Source: Mobula birostris (taxonomy: Eukaryota). From it: 64,000 bases of DNA. This document shows positions 51,000 through 64,000 of the stretch, piece after piece. Made by a program: the position numbers and the translations under genes. The stretch spans positions 21,119,309 through 21,183,308 of the forward strand of contig NC_092379.1 in NCBI RefSeq assembly GCF_030028105.1. Reading direction: 5' to 3'. The first letter of the stretch is position 1. The number at the start of each line of letters is the position of its first letter. The notes beneath the pieces were generated by a model that did no database searches, was not told where the DNA came from, and saw nothing but the letters and a program-made list of their open reading frames with translations.

Positions 51000-52430
51000 C
51001 TGAGACTTCCTCATCTGAATAATACTCTATTTGTAATTCCTCATCTCACCTACCCAGCTGATCAAGATCCCACTGTAATTGTTGCTAACCTTCTTCACTC
51101 CCTACAATACCATCTGTTTTAGTGTCAGCTGTCATCTAATACTCAGGAATATGGGATCCATTCCCATCAGTGAGAGGCTTCCTTCATCCAGGTAACAGCA
51201 GATATTTGGACAAAGCCCGAGGATGAGATTGAAAGGAATAATTCTCAGTCCGTCTCTGTGGGAATGCCCCCAAATGCAGTATTGTGCTAAAATATACTTG
51301 GATCAGATTTTGGAGAGCCACACATTCACAAAGTCGGGGAGATTCCCAGTGTCTGGAACACAGGGTGCAGAGCAGGAAGTGAGGAGCATGGCACAGATTT
51401 GGATATTAGTCTGGTATCCTGACCTTGGAGAGTCTCTCCCTCTTACCCTGTGATCTCTCTCTCCTTGCCCTTCCTGCTTCTCTCTCTCTCCTTCCACCTT
51501 CCCTCAGCTCATTTCAAACTTTTCAAACCTCCAATCTACTGCCTCATTTCTCCCTCCCACCCCACAGTGCACAGGGTCAGATGCTGGCTCTGACAAGCTG
51601 CCTGCACTTTGTACAAACAGACTGTCAGAGCCATTAGCTGAGAGAGAGAGATGCAGAGACACAAACAGGAAGCAGAAGGCAAAGCTGTTACTGTGAGCAG
51701 TGAAGGGTGTAAGATATTCTGGAGGACTGGCAGCACGAAATCAGGGAGGGAAAGAAGGAGTGGGCAGGTCAGTGTCGGGAGCCGACATTCCCAGAGGGGA
51801 GCAGAGGCCAGTGACAAGGTAAGGTCCTCACTTGTTGCACATCCTGGCTTTCTAGTTGGCTGGAGCGTGAGACTGGGAGGGAGACTGGTTGCTGAGCAAA
51901 ACATATGGAATCAAGAAGCTGAGTTTGTGACGTAGACAGCTGAGTTCAGATCACACCACGGCCGCGGGGATGTTTAAAGTCAGTTCATTAAACATGTAAC
52001 TGTGACTTAATTCTTAATTAATTTTTAATTAAATTTGGATCTGGTCCCAAGTCATCTCCTTTTCCTGCAATAACGTCCCCAGTATCTGATTCAGTGCCAT
52101 GCACCCTCATGACCTGCTCTGCACTCCAGGTTATGGGCACAGGGAAACTCCTACAACCTGTGATTTTGGGTGCAGTTTCTAAAATCTGCTCCGCATATAT
52201 TTTCTCATATGACTGAACATGGTGCATTCCTGAGGTGTGGGGTTTGGAATCTGATTCTCGGATTCTTCCAAATAACTGATTTTAAATTATTTCTCACACA
52301 TGGGAATCACAACCTTCCCTAAGATCAATCGTGCATTCCCTGTCTCTGTTGTATTCCCTCATGAACGAAGTTGAGAATTAAGCACAATTTCTGGTTCTGT
52401 GGAGGGTATTTTCCCCAATGTCTTGTTGTT
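51000..52430. pseudogene. Copy 3, distal half: module F (+, 51095-51420) facing module D (-, 52030-52430)
   Basis: F reads SVSC...SR*QQIFGQSPR...SGRFPVSG..GAEQ. D reads ...SAEQVMRVHGTESDTG(x)RYCR..LGTRSKF. Confidence 0.5.
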
Positions 52431-52444
52431 CATAGTTTTACAGA

Positions 52445-55312
52445 AGCGTAGAAACATGCAGCACGATACAGGCCCTTCGGCCCATAAAGCTCTACTGAGC
52501 ATGTCCCTACCTAAGAACTACCTAGGCTTACCCATAGTCCTCTATTTTTATAAACTCTATTTAGCCATCCAAGAGTCTCTTAAAAGACCCGATCATTTCC
52601 ACCTCCACCACTGCCGCCGGCAGCCCATTCCACACACTCACCACTCTCTGCGTAAAAAACTTACCCCTAACATCTCTCTATACCTGTTTCCAAGCACCTT
52701 ACAACTGTCCCCTCTCATGCTTGCCATTTCAGCCCTGGGGAAAAGCCTCTGACCATCCACACGATCAATGCCTCTCAGTATCTTGTACACCTCTATCAAG
52801 TCACCTCTCATCCACCATCATTCCAAGGAGAAGAGGCCGAGTTCACTCAAGCTATTCTCATAAGGCATGCACCCTAATCCAGACAACATACTTGTAAATC
52901 TCCTCTGCGCCCTTTCTATGGTTTCCACGTCCTTCCTGTAGTGAGGCGACCAAAATTGAGCACAGTTCTCCAAGTGCAGTCTGACCAGGGTTGTATATAG
53001 CTGCAACATTACCTGTCGGCTCTTAAACTCAGTCCCACGATTGATAAAGGCCAATGCACTGTATGCCTTCTTATCCACAGAGTCAACCTGCGTAACAGCT
53101 TTGAGTGTCCTCTGGACTCGGACCCCAAGAGCCCTCTGATCCTCCACACTGCCAAGAGTCTTACAATTAATACTATATTCTGCCATGATATTTGATCTAC
53201 CAAAATGAACCACCTCACACTTATCTGGGTTGAACTCCATCTGCTACTTCTCAGCCCAGTTTTGCATCTTATCAATGTCCCGTTGTAAACTCTGACAGAC
53301 CTCCACACTATCCAGAACACCCCCAAACTTTGTGTCATCAGCAAACTTTATAACCCATCCCTCCATTCCTCATCCAGGTCATTTTTAAAAATCACGGAGT
53401 AAGGGTCCCAGAACAGATCCCTGAAGCATACCACTGGTCACCGACCTCCATGCAGAATGTGACCTGTCTCTAACCACTCTTTGCCTTCTGTGGGCAAGTC
53501 AGTTCTGGATCCACAAAGCAATGCCCCCTTGGATCCCATGCCTCCTTACTTTCTCAATAAGCCTTGCATGGAGTACCTTATCAAATGCCTTGCTGAAATC
53601 CATATACACTACATCTACTGCTCTTCCTACATCAATGTGTTTAGTCACATCCTCAAAAAATTCAATTAGGCTTGTAAGGCACGACCTGCCCTTGACAAAG
53701 CCATGCTGACTATTCCTAATCATATTATACCTCTCCAAATGTTCATAGATCCTGCCTCTCAGGATCTTCTCCATCAACTTACCAACCACTGAAGTAAGAC
53801 TCACTGGTCTATAATTTCCTGGGCTATCTCTACTCCCTTTCTTGAATAAGGGAACAACAACTGCCATCCTCCAGTCCTCCGGAACCTCTCTCGTCCTCAT
53901 TGATGATGCAAAGATCATTGCAGAGGCTCAGCAATCTCCTTCCTCGCCTCCCAAAGTAGTCTGGGGTACATCTCATCCGGTCCCAGCGACTTATCCAACT
54001 TGATGCTTTCCAAAAGCTCCAGCACATCCTCTTTCTTAATATCTACATTCTCAAGTTTTTCAGTCCACTGCAAGTCATCCCTACAATCACCAAGATCCTT
54101 TTCCGTAGTGAATACTGATTAGTGAACCCAAGCCTGTAGACCCCAGCCTCCATGTCTGAAGACCAAGACCCCAGCCTGCAGTCCCAAGCCTCTAGACCCC
54201 AGCCACGTCCTGCCTGTAGTCATGTCATGTTCTTGCCTGGTTCTGGAGCCCGAGCCCGAGGCAAGACCCAGGTTCTGGCTCCTTGTCCAGTCTCTAGCTC
54301 GGGGCCCAAGCCCAAGTCTGCGTTCTTGTCCCTGCTCCTTGTCTGTACCCTGTCACATCCCTAATCTAGTCAAGTCCTGTTCCTTGCCTGTGTCTTGCAT
54401 TTGGGTCCATTCCCAACACCCCCATTGTGACAACCACTGAGAGACCTGACACCTGACCAGGTTCATTTCCCAATACCAGATCAAGTACAGCCTCTCCTCT
54501 TGTAGGCTTGTCTACATATTGTGTCAAGAAACCTTCCTGAACACACCTAACAAACTCCACCCCGTCTAAACCCCTCACTCAAGGGAGATGCCAATCAATA
54601 TTTGGGAAATTATAATCTCCCGCCACAACAATCCTGTTATTATTACTCCTTTCCAGAATCTGTCTCCCTATCTGTTCTTTGATGTCCCTGTTACTATTGG
54701 GTGGTCTATAAAAACACCCAGTTGAGTTATTGACCCCTTCCTATTCCTAATTTCCACCCACAGAGACTCCGTAGACAAACCCTCCATGACTTCCTCCTTT
54801 TCTGCAGCCATGACTCTATCTCTGATCAACAGTGCCACGCCCCCACCTCTTTTGCCACCCTCCCTATCCTTTCTGAAACATCTAAGGCCTGGCACTTGAA
54901 GTAGGCATTCCTGCTCCTGCACCATCCAAGTCTCTGTAATGGCCACAACATCTTAACTTCAAGTGCTGATCCATGCTTTAAGCTCTTCCACTTTATTCAT
55001 AATACTCCTCACATTAAAATAGACACATCTCAAACCATCGGAGTGAGTGCATCCCTTCTCTATCACCAGCCTATTCTCTCTTTCTCACTGTCTCCAAACT
55101 TTCTCTATTTGTGACCCAACCTCTCTTTCCCCCGTCACTTCAGTTCGGTTCCCACCCCCCAGCAATTCTAGTTTAAGTTCTCCCCAATAGCCTCAGCAAA
55201 CCTTCCCACCAGAATATTGGTCCCCCTTGGATTCAAGTGTAACCCGTTCTTTTTGTACTGATCACACCTGCCCCAGAAGAGGTCCCAATGATCCAGAAAT
55301 CTGAATACCTGC
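52445..55312 (-). mobile_element. CR1 fragments interrupting copy 3, with an LTR 3' fragment at about 54120-54432
   Basis: RT and endonuclease motifs on the minus strand. The nested block ends tgtgaca and contains cccaagcct.tagaccccagcc direct repeats. Confidence 0.8.
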
Positions 55313-56880
55313 CCATTGTCTATTCCTGGAGTACATTCCTTCAATATCTGTGCCTTCCTCCAATGTCTGTCCCTTGGACTTGCTCTGTTCAAATAAATAC
55401 TGGTGTTCATCACTGAGACAGCTGTTGTATTCTCTTCTATTCTTGGTTTGCATTAAATAGTAACCGTTTATGTTTACTGCTTCGAATGTGTTTACCCCAG
55501 TATCTGTTGTATTTTCCTGCACTGGCATATTTTTTCAAAAAGCTCTGTGCTGCTGACATTGCATTAAAACATGTACATGGTCGATCTCCAGTTCTGAGTC
55601 ACCTGTACTTGTACCAACAGCTCCACACTCTCTGATGGGGGATGCTGCAGGATGCACAAAGTTTCCTTCAGCTAAACACCGAGCAGGCCAAAGCCTTTGG
55701 TCCCCACAGTGAGTTCTGTTCCAGGGCACTGATGCTGTTGAGTCACTTTTCAGTGATGTGAGAACAGAAATTCAGGCTGACTTGGCTGTTCACTGTCGTA
55801 CAGAGGGACAGAGCTGCTGCCTTTCAGCTGAGACAGTGAAGGGAGATTGTGTGTGTAATGGAGAAGCTGCTGTACCTACGGTTTTATAGGACATGGAGTG
55901 GGGAGAATTCAGATAATGTGTTGAAATACGGATTGAGACACTCATTATGAAACATTCCATCAACATCTTGCTCTGGGATGTATAACAAGGTTCTGAGAAA
56001 CTCCCCCAGTGAGCCTCTGTGTTTTCCTGAATATCTTTCTCGGGGTGCAGCACCCCAGTGTTCCCACTGTGAGAAATCCCTTATGAACATGAGCAGTACG
56101 TGTGGGGCTACACTCATATATTACTGGCTGGGAATCTCTCCGATATTTGTCCCGGGATGCATTACCCACTCGTACGTGGAGGCAGATGGAATCTCTGCAG
56201 TGATGAGGGAACTAAGATGGGCTGAATGGCTTCCCTACGTTTTATCAACTCCAGTCACTTCATGTTCTCCTTTTCTTTGTTTTTAATGAATACAATTTCA
56301 AATCATGACATGACATAAACTCCAGTGGAAAACTGGAAGAAAAGCTATAGGCAATGACTTCCACAACATTTGATTTACAGAATTTGACAGAACATCCTCC
56401 ACCACACTCCCCCTCCCCATGTCAACTTCTTGCTCCATAACAATAATAACCACTTCCTCAACTCCCTCTTCTCCATCACTAAACACACCCACATTCCCCT
56501 GCTCCCCATTCCCAAGCCTTAACCCTGCCTTCCTCTCCCCTCCTGTAAACCCCCTCCAGTGTCACATATCCTGCCATTTTCCCAATGTATCATCCACCGC
56601 TGTCCCTCCGCCCACTGAACCGGCTCTGTGCCCCCATTTCCCATCTGGCATCCCCGGTACATTTAGAGGTTTATTTCCTGAAATGAGCAGTTGCAGTGCA
56701 GTAGCCTCGGATTGCCGAGTGAGTGAGATGGAGACTCCATTTCCAAACATCGCAGCCACACGGGGATCTCTTGACTGAATGTGGGGCGTGTGTCTGCTGG
56801 TCACTGCTGAACCTGAAATATAGACAGGAGAGTATGATATTGTGTGACAAGGTGCAGCACAGACATTAACCTGTGAGGAC
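55313..56880 (-). pseudogene. Copy 3, proximal half: modules A, B and C
   Basis: Reverse complement is highly similar to 31215-32790. ORF 56562-56903 is nearly identical to ORF 31191-31532. Confidence 0.7.
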
Positions 56881-57074
56881 CACATTGATGATGTACAGGT
56901 CATTGCAGAGGCTCAGCAATCTCCTCTCTCACCTCCCACAGTAGTCTGGGGTACATCTCATCCGGTCCCGGCGACTTATCCAACTTGATGCTTTCCAAAA
57001 GCTCCAGCACATCTTCTTTCTTAATATCTACATTCTCAAGCTTTTCAGTCCACTGCAAGTCATCCCTACAATCA

Positions 57075-58290
57075 TCTGCTCTCAGGATGAGGCTTTTCAT
57101 TCTAGGACAAGGGAGATGTCCTCCTTTTTTAAAGAAAGGGGCTTCCCTTCCTCCACTATCAACTCTGCTCTTAAACGCATCTCCCCCATTTCACGTACAT
57201 CTGCTCTTACTCCATCCTCCTGCCACCCCACTAGGAATAGGGTTCCCCTGGTCGTCACCTACCACCCCACCAGCCTCCGGGTCCAACATATTATTCTCCG
57301 TAACTTCCACCACCTCCAATGGGATCCCACCACTAAGCACGTCTTTCTCTCCCCACCCTCTGTGCTTTCCGCAGGGATCACGCCCTACGCGACTCCCTTG
57401 TCCTTCGTCCCCCCCATCCCTCCCCACTGATCTCCCTCCTGGCACTTATCCGTGTAAGCGGAACAAGTGTTACACATGCCCTTACACTTCCTCCCTTACC
57501 ACCATTCAGGGCCCCAAACAGTCCTTCCAGGTGAGGCGACACTTCACCTGTGAGTCGGCTGGGGTGATATACTGCGTCCGGTGCCCCCGATGTGGCCTTT
57601 TATGTATTGGCGAGACCCGACGCAGACTGGGAGACTGCTTTGCTGAACACCTACACTCTGTCCGCTAGAGAAAGCAGGATCTCCCAGCGGCCACACATTT
57701 TAATTCCACATCCCATTCCCATTCTGACATGTCTATCCACGGCCTCTTCTACTGTAAAGATGAAGCCACACTCAGGTTGGAGGAACAACACCTTATATTC
57801 CGTCTTGGTAGCCTCCAACCTGATGGCATGAACATCGACTTCTCTAACTTCCGCTAATGCCCCACCTCCCCCTCGTACCCCATCTGTTACTTATTTTTAT
57901 ACACACATTCTTTCTCTCACTCTCCTTTTTCTCCCTCTGTCCCTCTGAATATACCCTTGCCCATGCTCTGGGTTCCCCCCCCCTCCATTTTCTTTCTTCC
58001 CGGACCTCCTGTCCCATGATCCTCTTGTATCCCTTTTGCCAATCACCTGTCCAGCTCTTGGCTCCATCCCTCCCCCTCCTGTCTTCTCCTATCATTTTGG
58101 ATCTCCCCCTCCCCCTCCAACTTTCAAATCTCTTACTCACTCTTCCTTCAGTTAGTCCTGACGAAGGGTCTAGGCCTGAAACTTCGACTGCACCTCTTCC
58201 TAGAGATGCTGCCTGGCCTGCTGCGTTCACCAGCAACTTTGGTGTGTGTTCCTTGAATTTCCAGCATCTGCAGAATTCCTGTTGTTTGCG
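57075..58290 (+). mobile_element. 5'-truncated Penelope-like element with GIY-YIG endonuclease and 3' hammerhead motif
   Basis: GVIYCVRCPRCGLLCIGETRRRLGDCFAEH. CTGACGA...GAAAC at 58158-58182. 10-bp duplication cctacaatca/cctataatca (57065-57074, 58291-58300) inside a CR1. Confidence 0.85.
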
Positions 58291-61200
58291 CCTATAATCA
58301 CCAAGATCCTTTTCCGTAGTGAATACTGAAGATAAGTATTCATTAAGTACATGTGCTATTTCCTCCGGTTCCATACACACTTTCCCACTGTCACACTTGA
58401 TAGGTCCTATTCATTCACGTCTTATCCTCTTGCTCTTCACATACTTGTAGAATGCCTTGGGATTTTCCTTAATCCTGCCCGCCAAGGCCTTCTCATAGCC
58501 CCTTCTGGCTCTCCTAATTTCCTTCTTAAGCTCTTTCCTGTTAGTCTTATAATCTTCTAGATCTCTAACATTACCTAGCTCTCTGAACCTTTCATAAGCT
58601 TTTCTTTTCTTCTTGACTAGATTTACTGCAGCCTTTGTACACCACGGTTCCTGTACCCTACCATAACTTCCCTGTCCCATTGGAATGTACCTATGCAGAA
58701 CTCTACACAAATATCCCCTGAACATTTGCCACATTTCTTCCATACCTTTCCCGAGAACATCTGTTCCCAATTTAAGCTTCCAAGTTCCTGCCTGATAACC
58801 TCCTAATTCTCCTTACTCCAATTAAACACTTTTCTAACTTGGAACAGACATAAAAGTTGCTGGTGAACGCAGCAGGCCAGGCAGCATCTTCTAGGAAGAG
58901 GTGCAGTCGACGTTTCAGGCTGAGACCCGTCGTCAGGACTTTTCTAACTTTTTCCTTTTTCTCGCCAATACTATTGTAAATGAGATAGAATAATGATCAC
59001 TATCTCCAAAATGCTCTCCCACTGAGAGATCTGACACCTGACCAGGTTCATTTCCCAATACCAAATCAAGTAGTCTCTCCTCTTGTAGGCTCATCTACAT
59101 ATTGTGTCTAGAAACCCTCCTGAACACACCTAACAAACTACACCCCATTTAAACCCTTTGCTCTGGGGAGATGCCAATCGATATTTGGGAAATTAAAATC
59201 AACCACCACGACAACTATGTTATGATTACACCTTTCCACGATCTGTTTCCCTACCTGCTCCTCGATATCCCTGTTATTAGTGGGTGACCGAGAAAAACAC
59301 CCAGTAGAGTTATTGACCCCTTCCTGTTCCTAACTTCCACCCACAGAGACTCCGTAGACAATCCCTCCATGACATCCACCTTTTTTGCAACCGTGACACT
59401 ATCTCTGATCAACAGTGCCACGCCCCCACCTCTTTTGCCTCCCTCCCTGTCCTTTCTGAAACATCTAAAACCCGGCACTTGAAGTAACCATTCCTGTCCC
59501 TGAACCATCCAAGTCTCTGTAATGGCCAACATATCATAGCTCGAAGTACTGATCCACGCTCTAAGCTCATCCGCTTTGTTCACAATACTTCTTTCATTAA
59601 AATAGACACATCTCAAACTGTCGGTCTGAGCGCGTCCCTTCTCTATCACCTGCCTATCCTCCCTCACACACTGTCTCCAAGCTTTCTCTATTTGTGAGCC
59701 AATCGCCTCTTCCCCAGTCTCTTCAGTTCGGTTCCCACCCCCGAAAAATTCTAGTTTAAACTCTCCCTAGTAGCCTTAGCAAACCTCCCCGCCAGGGTAA
59801 TAGTCCCCTGGGATTCAAGTGCAACCTGTCATTTTTGTACAGGTCACACCTGCCCCAAAAGAGGTCCCAACGATCCAGAAATCTGAATTCCTGCCCCCGC
59901 TCCAATCCTTCAGCCACGCATTTTTCCTCCACCTCATTCTATTCCTATGCTCACTGTCACATGGCACAGGCAGTAATCCTGAGATTACATAGAACATAGA
60001 ATAGTACAGCACATTACAGGCCCTTCGGCCCACAATGTTGTGCCGACCCTCAAACCCTGCCTCCCATATAATCCCCTACCTTACCTTCCTCCATATACCT
60101 GTCCAGTAGTCTCTTAAACTTCACGAGTATACCTGCCTCCACCACTGACTCAGGCAGTGCATTCCACACACCAACCACTCTGTGAGTAAAAAACCTTCCT
60201 CTCATATCCCCCTTGAACTTCCCACCCCTTACCTTAAAGCCATGTCCTCTTGTAATCAGCAGTGGTGCCCTGGGGAAGGGGTGCTGGCTATCCACTCTAT
60301 CTATTCCTCTTAATATCTTGTACACCTCTATCATGTCTCCTCTCATCCTCCTTCTCTCCAAAGAGTAAAGCCCTAGCTCCCTTAAACTCTGATCATAATC
60401 CGTACTTTCTAAACCAGGGAGCATCCTGGTAAATCTCCTCTGTACCCTTTCCAATGCTTCCACATCCTTCCTATAGTGAGGCGACCAGAACTGGACACAG
60501 TACTCCATGTGTGGCCTAACCAGAGTTTTATAGAGCTGCATCATTACATCGCGACTCTTAAACTCTATCCCTTGACTTATGAAAGCGAACACCCCATGAG
60601 CTTTCTTTATTACCCTGTCTACCTGTGAGGCAACTTTCAGGGATCTGTGGACATGTGCCCCCAGATCCCTCTGCTCCTCCACACTACCAAGTATCCTGCC
60701 ATTTACTTTGTACTCTGCCTTGGAGTTTGTCCTTCCCAAGTGTACCCCCTCTAACTTTACGGTCCTGCTTCTCAACTTCCTTCCTAACTCCCTGTAATTT
60801 GTTTTCAGGACAATATGTACCACGACCTCTGGCTGTTCTCCCTCCCACTGCAGGATATCGTGGACGCGATCTGAAACATCCCGGACCTTGGCACCTAGGA
60901 GGCAAACTACCATCCGGGTTTCTTTCCTGCGTCCACAGAATCGCCTGTCTGAACCCCTAACTATAGAGTCCCCTATCACTACTGCCTTTCTCTTCCTTTC
61001 CCTACCCTTCTGATCCACAGGGCCAGACTCTGTGCCCGAGGCATGGCCACTGTTGCTTCCCCCAGGTAGGCTGTCCCCCCACCCCAACAGTAATCAAACA
61101 GGAGTACTTATTGTTCAGGGGGTCAGCCACAGGGGTACTCTCGAGTACCTGGCTCTTCCCCTTCCCTCTCCTGACTGTGACCCACTTGCCTGGCTCCTGT

Positions 61201-61600
61201 GGCCTTGGTGTGATCACCGGCCTATAACTATTTTCTATCACCTCCTTGCTCTCCCTGACCAGACGAAGGTCATCAAGCTGCAACTCCAGTTCCCTAACGC
61301 AGTCCCTTAGGATCTGCAGCTCGACACACCGGGTGCAGATATGGCCGTCCGGGAAGCTGGCAGACTCCAGGACCTCCCACATCTGACACCGAGTACAGAA
61401 CACCAGCCTCACACACATACCTCCTTTCTACAATTAACACAGGTAAACCTACCTCACCTCATCCCGTTACTGCCTAAGCCCATTGAGCTTAAGCCCTCTC
61501 ACTCCGCTGCCCGCTGGATATGGCAGTCTTTAAACATTTCCCGCTCTACTGGCAGACATCACGCGCCTGCGCAGTCTTGCCTCTCTTTACCCTGAGTAGT
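58291..61600 (-). mobile_element. Nested CR1 fragments including a 5' end with ORF1
   Basis: ORFs 58411-58770, 59251-59667, 60050-61087 and 61002-61418 (FCTRCQMW...ICTRCVELQ). Confidence 0.85.
58841..58937 (-). mobile_element. 97-bp PLE-end insertion with hammerhead core
   Basis: 13-bp duplication acttttctaactt (58828-58840, 58938-58950). Minus strand reads ctgacgacgggtctcagcctgaaacgtcgac. Confidence 0.75.
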
Positions 61601-62834
61601 AAAATGCCTTCGCTCCAGAAATCCTCAGCCGTTCCACTCGCAGCCTTCTTGCTTAGAAAGTAGTTTACACTTTATCATATCTGCCACTTCTTTGCCCATT
61701 TTTAAAATCTGTCTAAGTATTTCTGTAGCCTCTCTGCTTTCTCAACTCTATCTGCCTTTCCACCTCCCTCAGTATCATCCCCAAACTTGGCCATAAAAAC
61801 CATCAATTTTGTAATCCAATTCACTGACATTTTACATGAAAAGATGCAGTCCCAACACAGACCCTTGTGGAACATCACGAGTCACCAGCAGCTGACCAGA
61901 AAAGGCTCCCTTTATTCCTACTTTTTGCCTCCTACCAATCAGAGAATGTTCTATCCAGGTTCGTATCTCTCCTGTAGAACCATGGGTCATTTGGCAACAC
62001 ACACACTATGCTGGAAGAGTTCAGCAGGCCTGGTAGCACCTACAATAAAGAGTAAACCATCAAAGTTTCAGACTGATGAAGGGTCTTGGCCTGAATCATT
62101 GTTTGTTAACTCTTTTCCATAGATGTTGCCTGGCATGATCCTGCCTTTAGAATATTTCTTCTTTGGGGTCCATCTGTATTGTGCCTTTCAAATTGCTCCC
62201 AGATTCTCCAGCCATTTCTGCTGCGCCGTCATCCCTTCTAGTGTCCCCTTCCAATCAATTTTGGCCCACTCCTCCCTCATACCTCTGTAATTCCCTTCAC
62301 TCCACTGTAATACTGACTTTAGATTCTTCTTTTCAAATTAATTGCAGGGTGCATTACATCATATTATGATCACTGGCTCCCAAGTGTTCCCTTACCTAGA
62401 ACTGCCCACTCTATTCTGGTTCATTGCACAACGCCCAATCCAGAATAATTGCCAAGTGGGCTCATTCACCCCTAATCTAAAAAAAAAACTCGTAGGAATT
62501 CGACAAATTCTTTCCCTTGGGATGCGGCACCAAAATAATTTACTACAGCTTGGGCCATTTTGGCTGCACTGGTGAGCCGAACCAGCTACAAAGTAAATCA
62601 AAAACACCCAAGCACCAATCCCTACCACCTACACCATGTCCATATCCCCCCTTCTTCCCTACATCCACTTGCCTCTCCAAACACCTCTAATGTACTTGCG
62701 TCTACCACCACACAAGGCAGTGCATTCCAGACATCCCCCACTCTCTGCATATAAAACTCACCCCTCATATCCCCTTCGACCTACACCCCTTTACCTAAAA
62801 TTCATTCCCTCTGGTATTACATGTTTCAACCCAG

Positions 62835-64000
62835 GGAAAGAGATACTCTCTGTCCACACAACACACACAAAATGCTGGTGCAACGCAGCAGGCCAGGCAG
62901 CATCTAAAGGAAGAAGTACAGTCAACGTTTCAGGTCGAGACTCTTCGTCAGGACAGGAGGGGGAGGGATGAAGTCAAGAGCTGGGAAGTTGATTGGAAAA
63001 AGGGATACAAGGCTGGGGAAGGGGGAGTATCATGGGACAGAAGGCCTTGGAAGAAAGAAGAGGGGAGGGGAGCACCAGAGCAAGATGGAGAACAGGCAAG
63101 GAGTTGTTGTGAGAGGGAAAGAGAGAAAAAAATTATAATAAAGATAATAAATAATAAGGGATGGAGTAAGAAGGGGAGGAGGGGTATTAACAGAAGTTAG
63201 AGAAATCAATGTTCATGCCATCAGGTTGGAGGCTACCCAGAGGGAATATAATGTGTTGTTCCTCCAACCTAAGTGTGGCTTCATCTCGAGAGTAGAAGAG
63301 GCCATAGATTGACATATTGGAATGGGAATGGGACGTAGGATTAAAATGTGTGGCCACAGGGAGATCCTGCTTCCTCTGGCGGACAGAGTGTAGGTGTTCA
63401 GTGAAGCAGTCTCCCAATCTGCGTTGGGTCTCACCAATATATAGAAGGCCACACTGGGAGCACCGAATACAGTATATCACACCAGCAGACTCACAGGTGA
63501 AGAGTCATCTCACCTGGAAGGACTGTCTGGGGCCCTGAATGGTGGTGAGGGAGGAAGTGTAAGGGCAGGTGTAGAACTTGTTCCGCTTACCAAGGTAAGT
63601 GCCAGGAGGGAGATCAGTGGGAAGGGATAGGGGTGATGAATGGACAAAGGAGTCGTGTAGGGAGCGATCCCTGTGGAAAGCAGAAAGTGGCGGGGGTAGG
63701 GAAAAATGTGCTTGATGCTGGGGTCTCATTGTAGATGGCGGAAGTTATGGAGAATTATATGTTGGACATGGAGGCTGGTGGGGTGGTAGATGAGGACAAG
63801 AGGACCCCTATCCCTAGTGGGGTGGCGGGAGGATGGGGTGAGAGCAGGTGTGCGTGAAATGAGAGAAATGCATTTGAGGGTCGAGTCGATGGTGGAGAAA
63901 GGGAAGCCCCTTTCTTTAAAAAAGGAAGACATCTCCTTCGTCCTGGAATGGAAAGCCTCATTCTGAGAGCAGATGCGGTGGAGATGGAGAAATTGAGAGA
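62835..64000 (-). mobile_element. Penelope-like element 3' half (GIY-YIG plus hammerhead motif), continuing past the window end
   Basis: IYCIRCSQCGLLYIGETQRRLGDCF. Hammerhead core at 62921-62951 (minus strand). Confidence 0.85.

Noticed and set aside
60050-61087. 345-aa ORF as an intact gene
   Set aside because: Chance in-frame join of a CR1 ORF1 fragment and the RT C-terminus of a nested CR1.
1-64000. Prokaryote-type systems (CRISPR arrays, operons), rRNA or tRNA genes
   Set aside because: No repeat-spacer arrays or structural RNA genes seen. The sequence is intron-containing vertebrate DNA.

Overview
Vertebrate genomic DNA from a cartilaginous fish (probably a ray or skate; inferred from the Ig sequences and repeat types), roughly 80% decayed retroelement. 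Bases 1-9,000 hold the 3' end of an IgW-like immunoglobulin heavy-chain cluster. It has two intact C1-set constant exons (128-430, 520-837) and an intact TM1 exon (8849-8991). Between them lie decayed remnants of further C exons, the last one split by a full-length, TSD-flanked L1 (1905-7850). The strongest novelty is a 2.1-kb Gypsy LTR element (10082-12190; 200-bp LTRs, tRNA-Leu PBS, PPT, 5-bp TSD). Its RT/RNase H/integrase core is replaced by captured host coding fragments: a RABEP1 (Rabaptin-5) coiled coil with an SH3KBP1 (CIN85) C-terminal coiled coil nested inside it, mostly joined in frame. Further on are a triplicated unit of degenerate V-set Ig-like modules (31.1-33.7 kb on +; 45.7-47.9 kb and 51.0-56.9 kb mainly on -), a Tf1/sushi chromovirus with an 11-nt self-priming site (35087-40224), a promoter-like island (about 26.3-27.4 kb), Penelope-like elements with hammerhead ribozyme cores, and many CR1 and Rex1/Babar LINE fragments. 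Protein and repeat family assignments come from my recall of the reference sequences, not from database searches. Most repeat boundaries are approximate.
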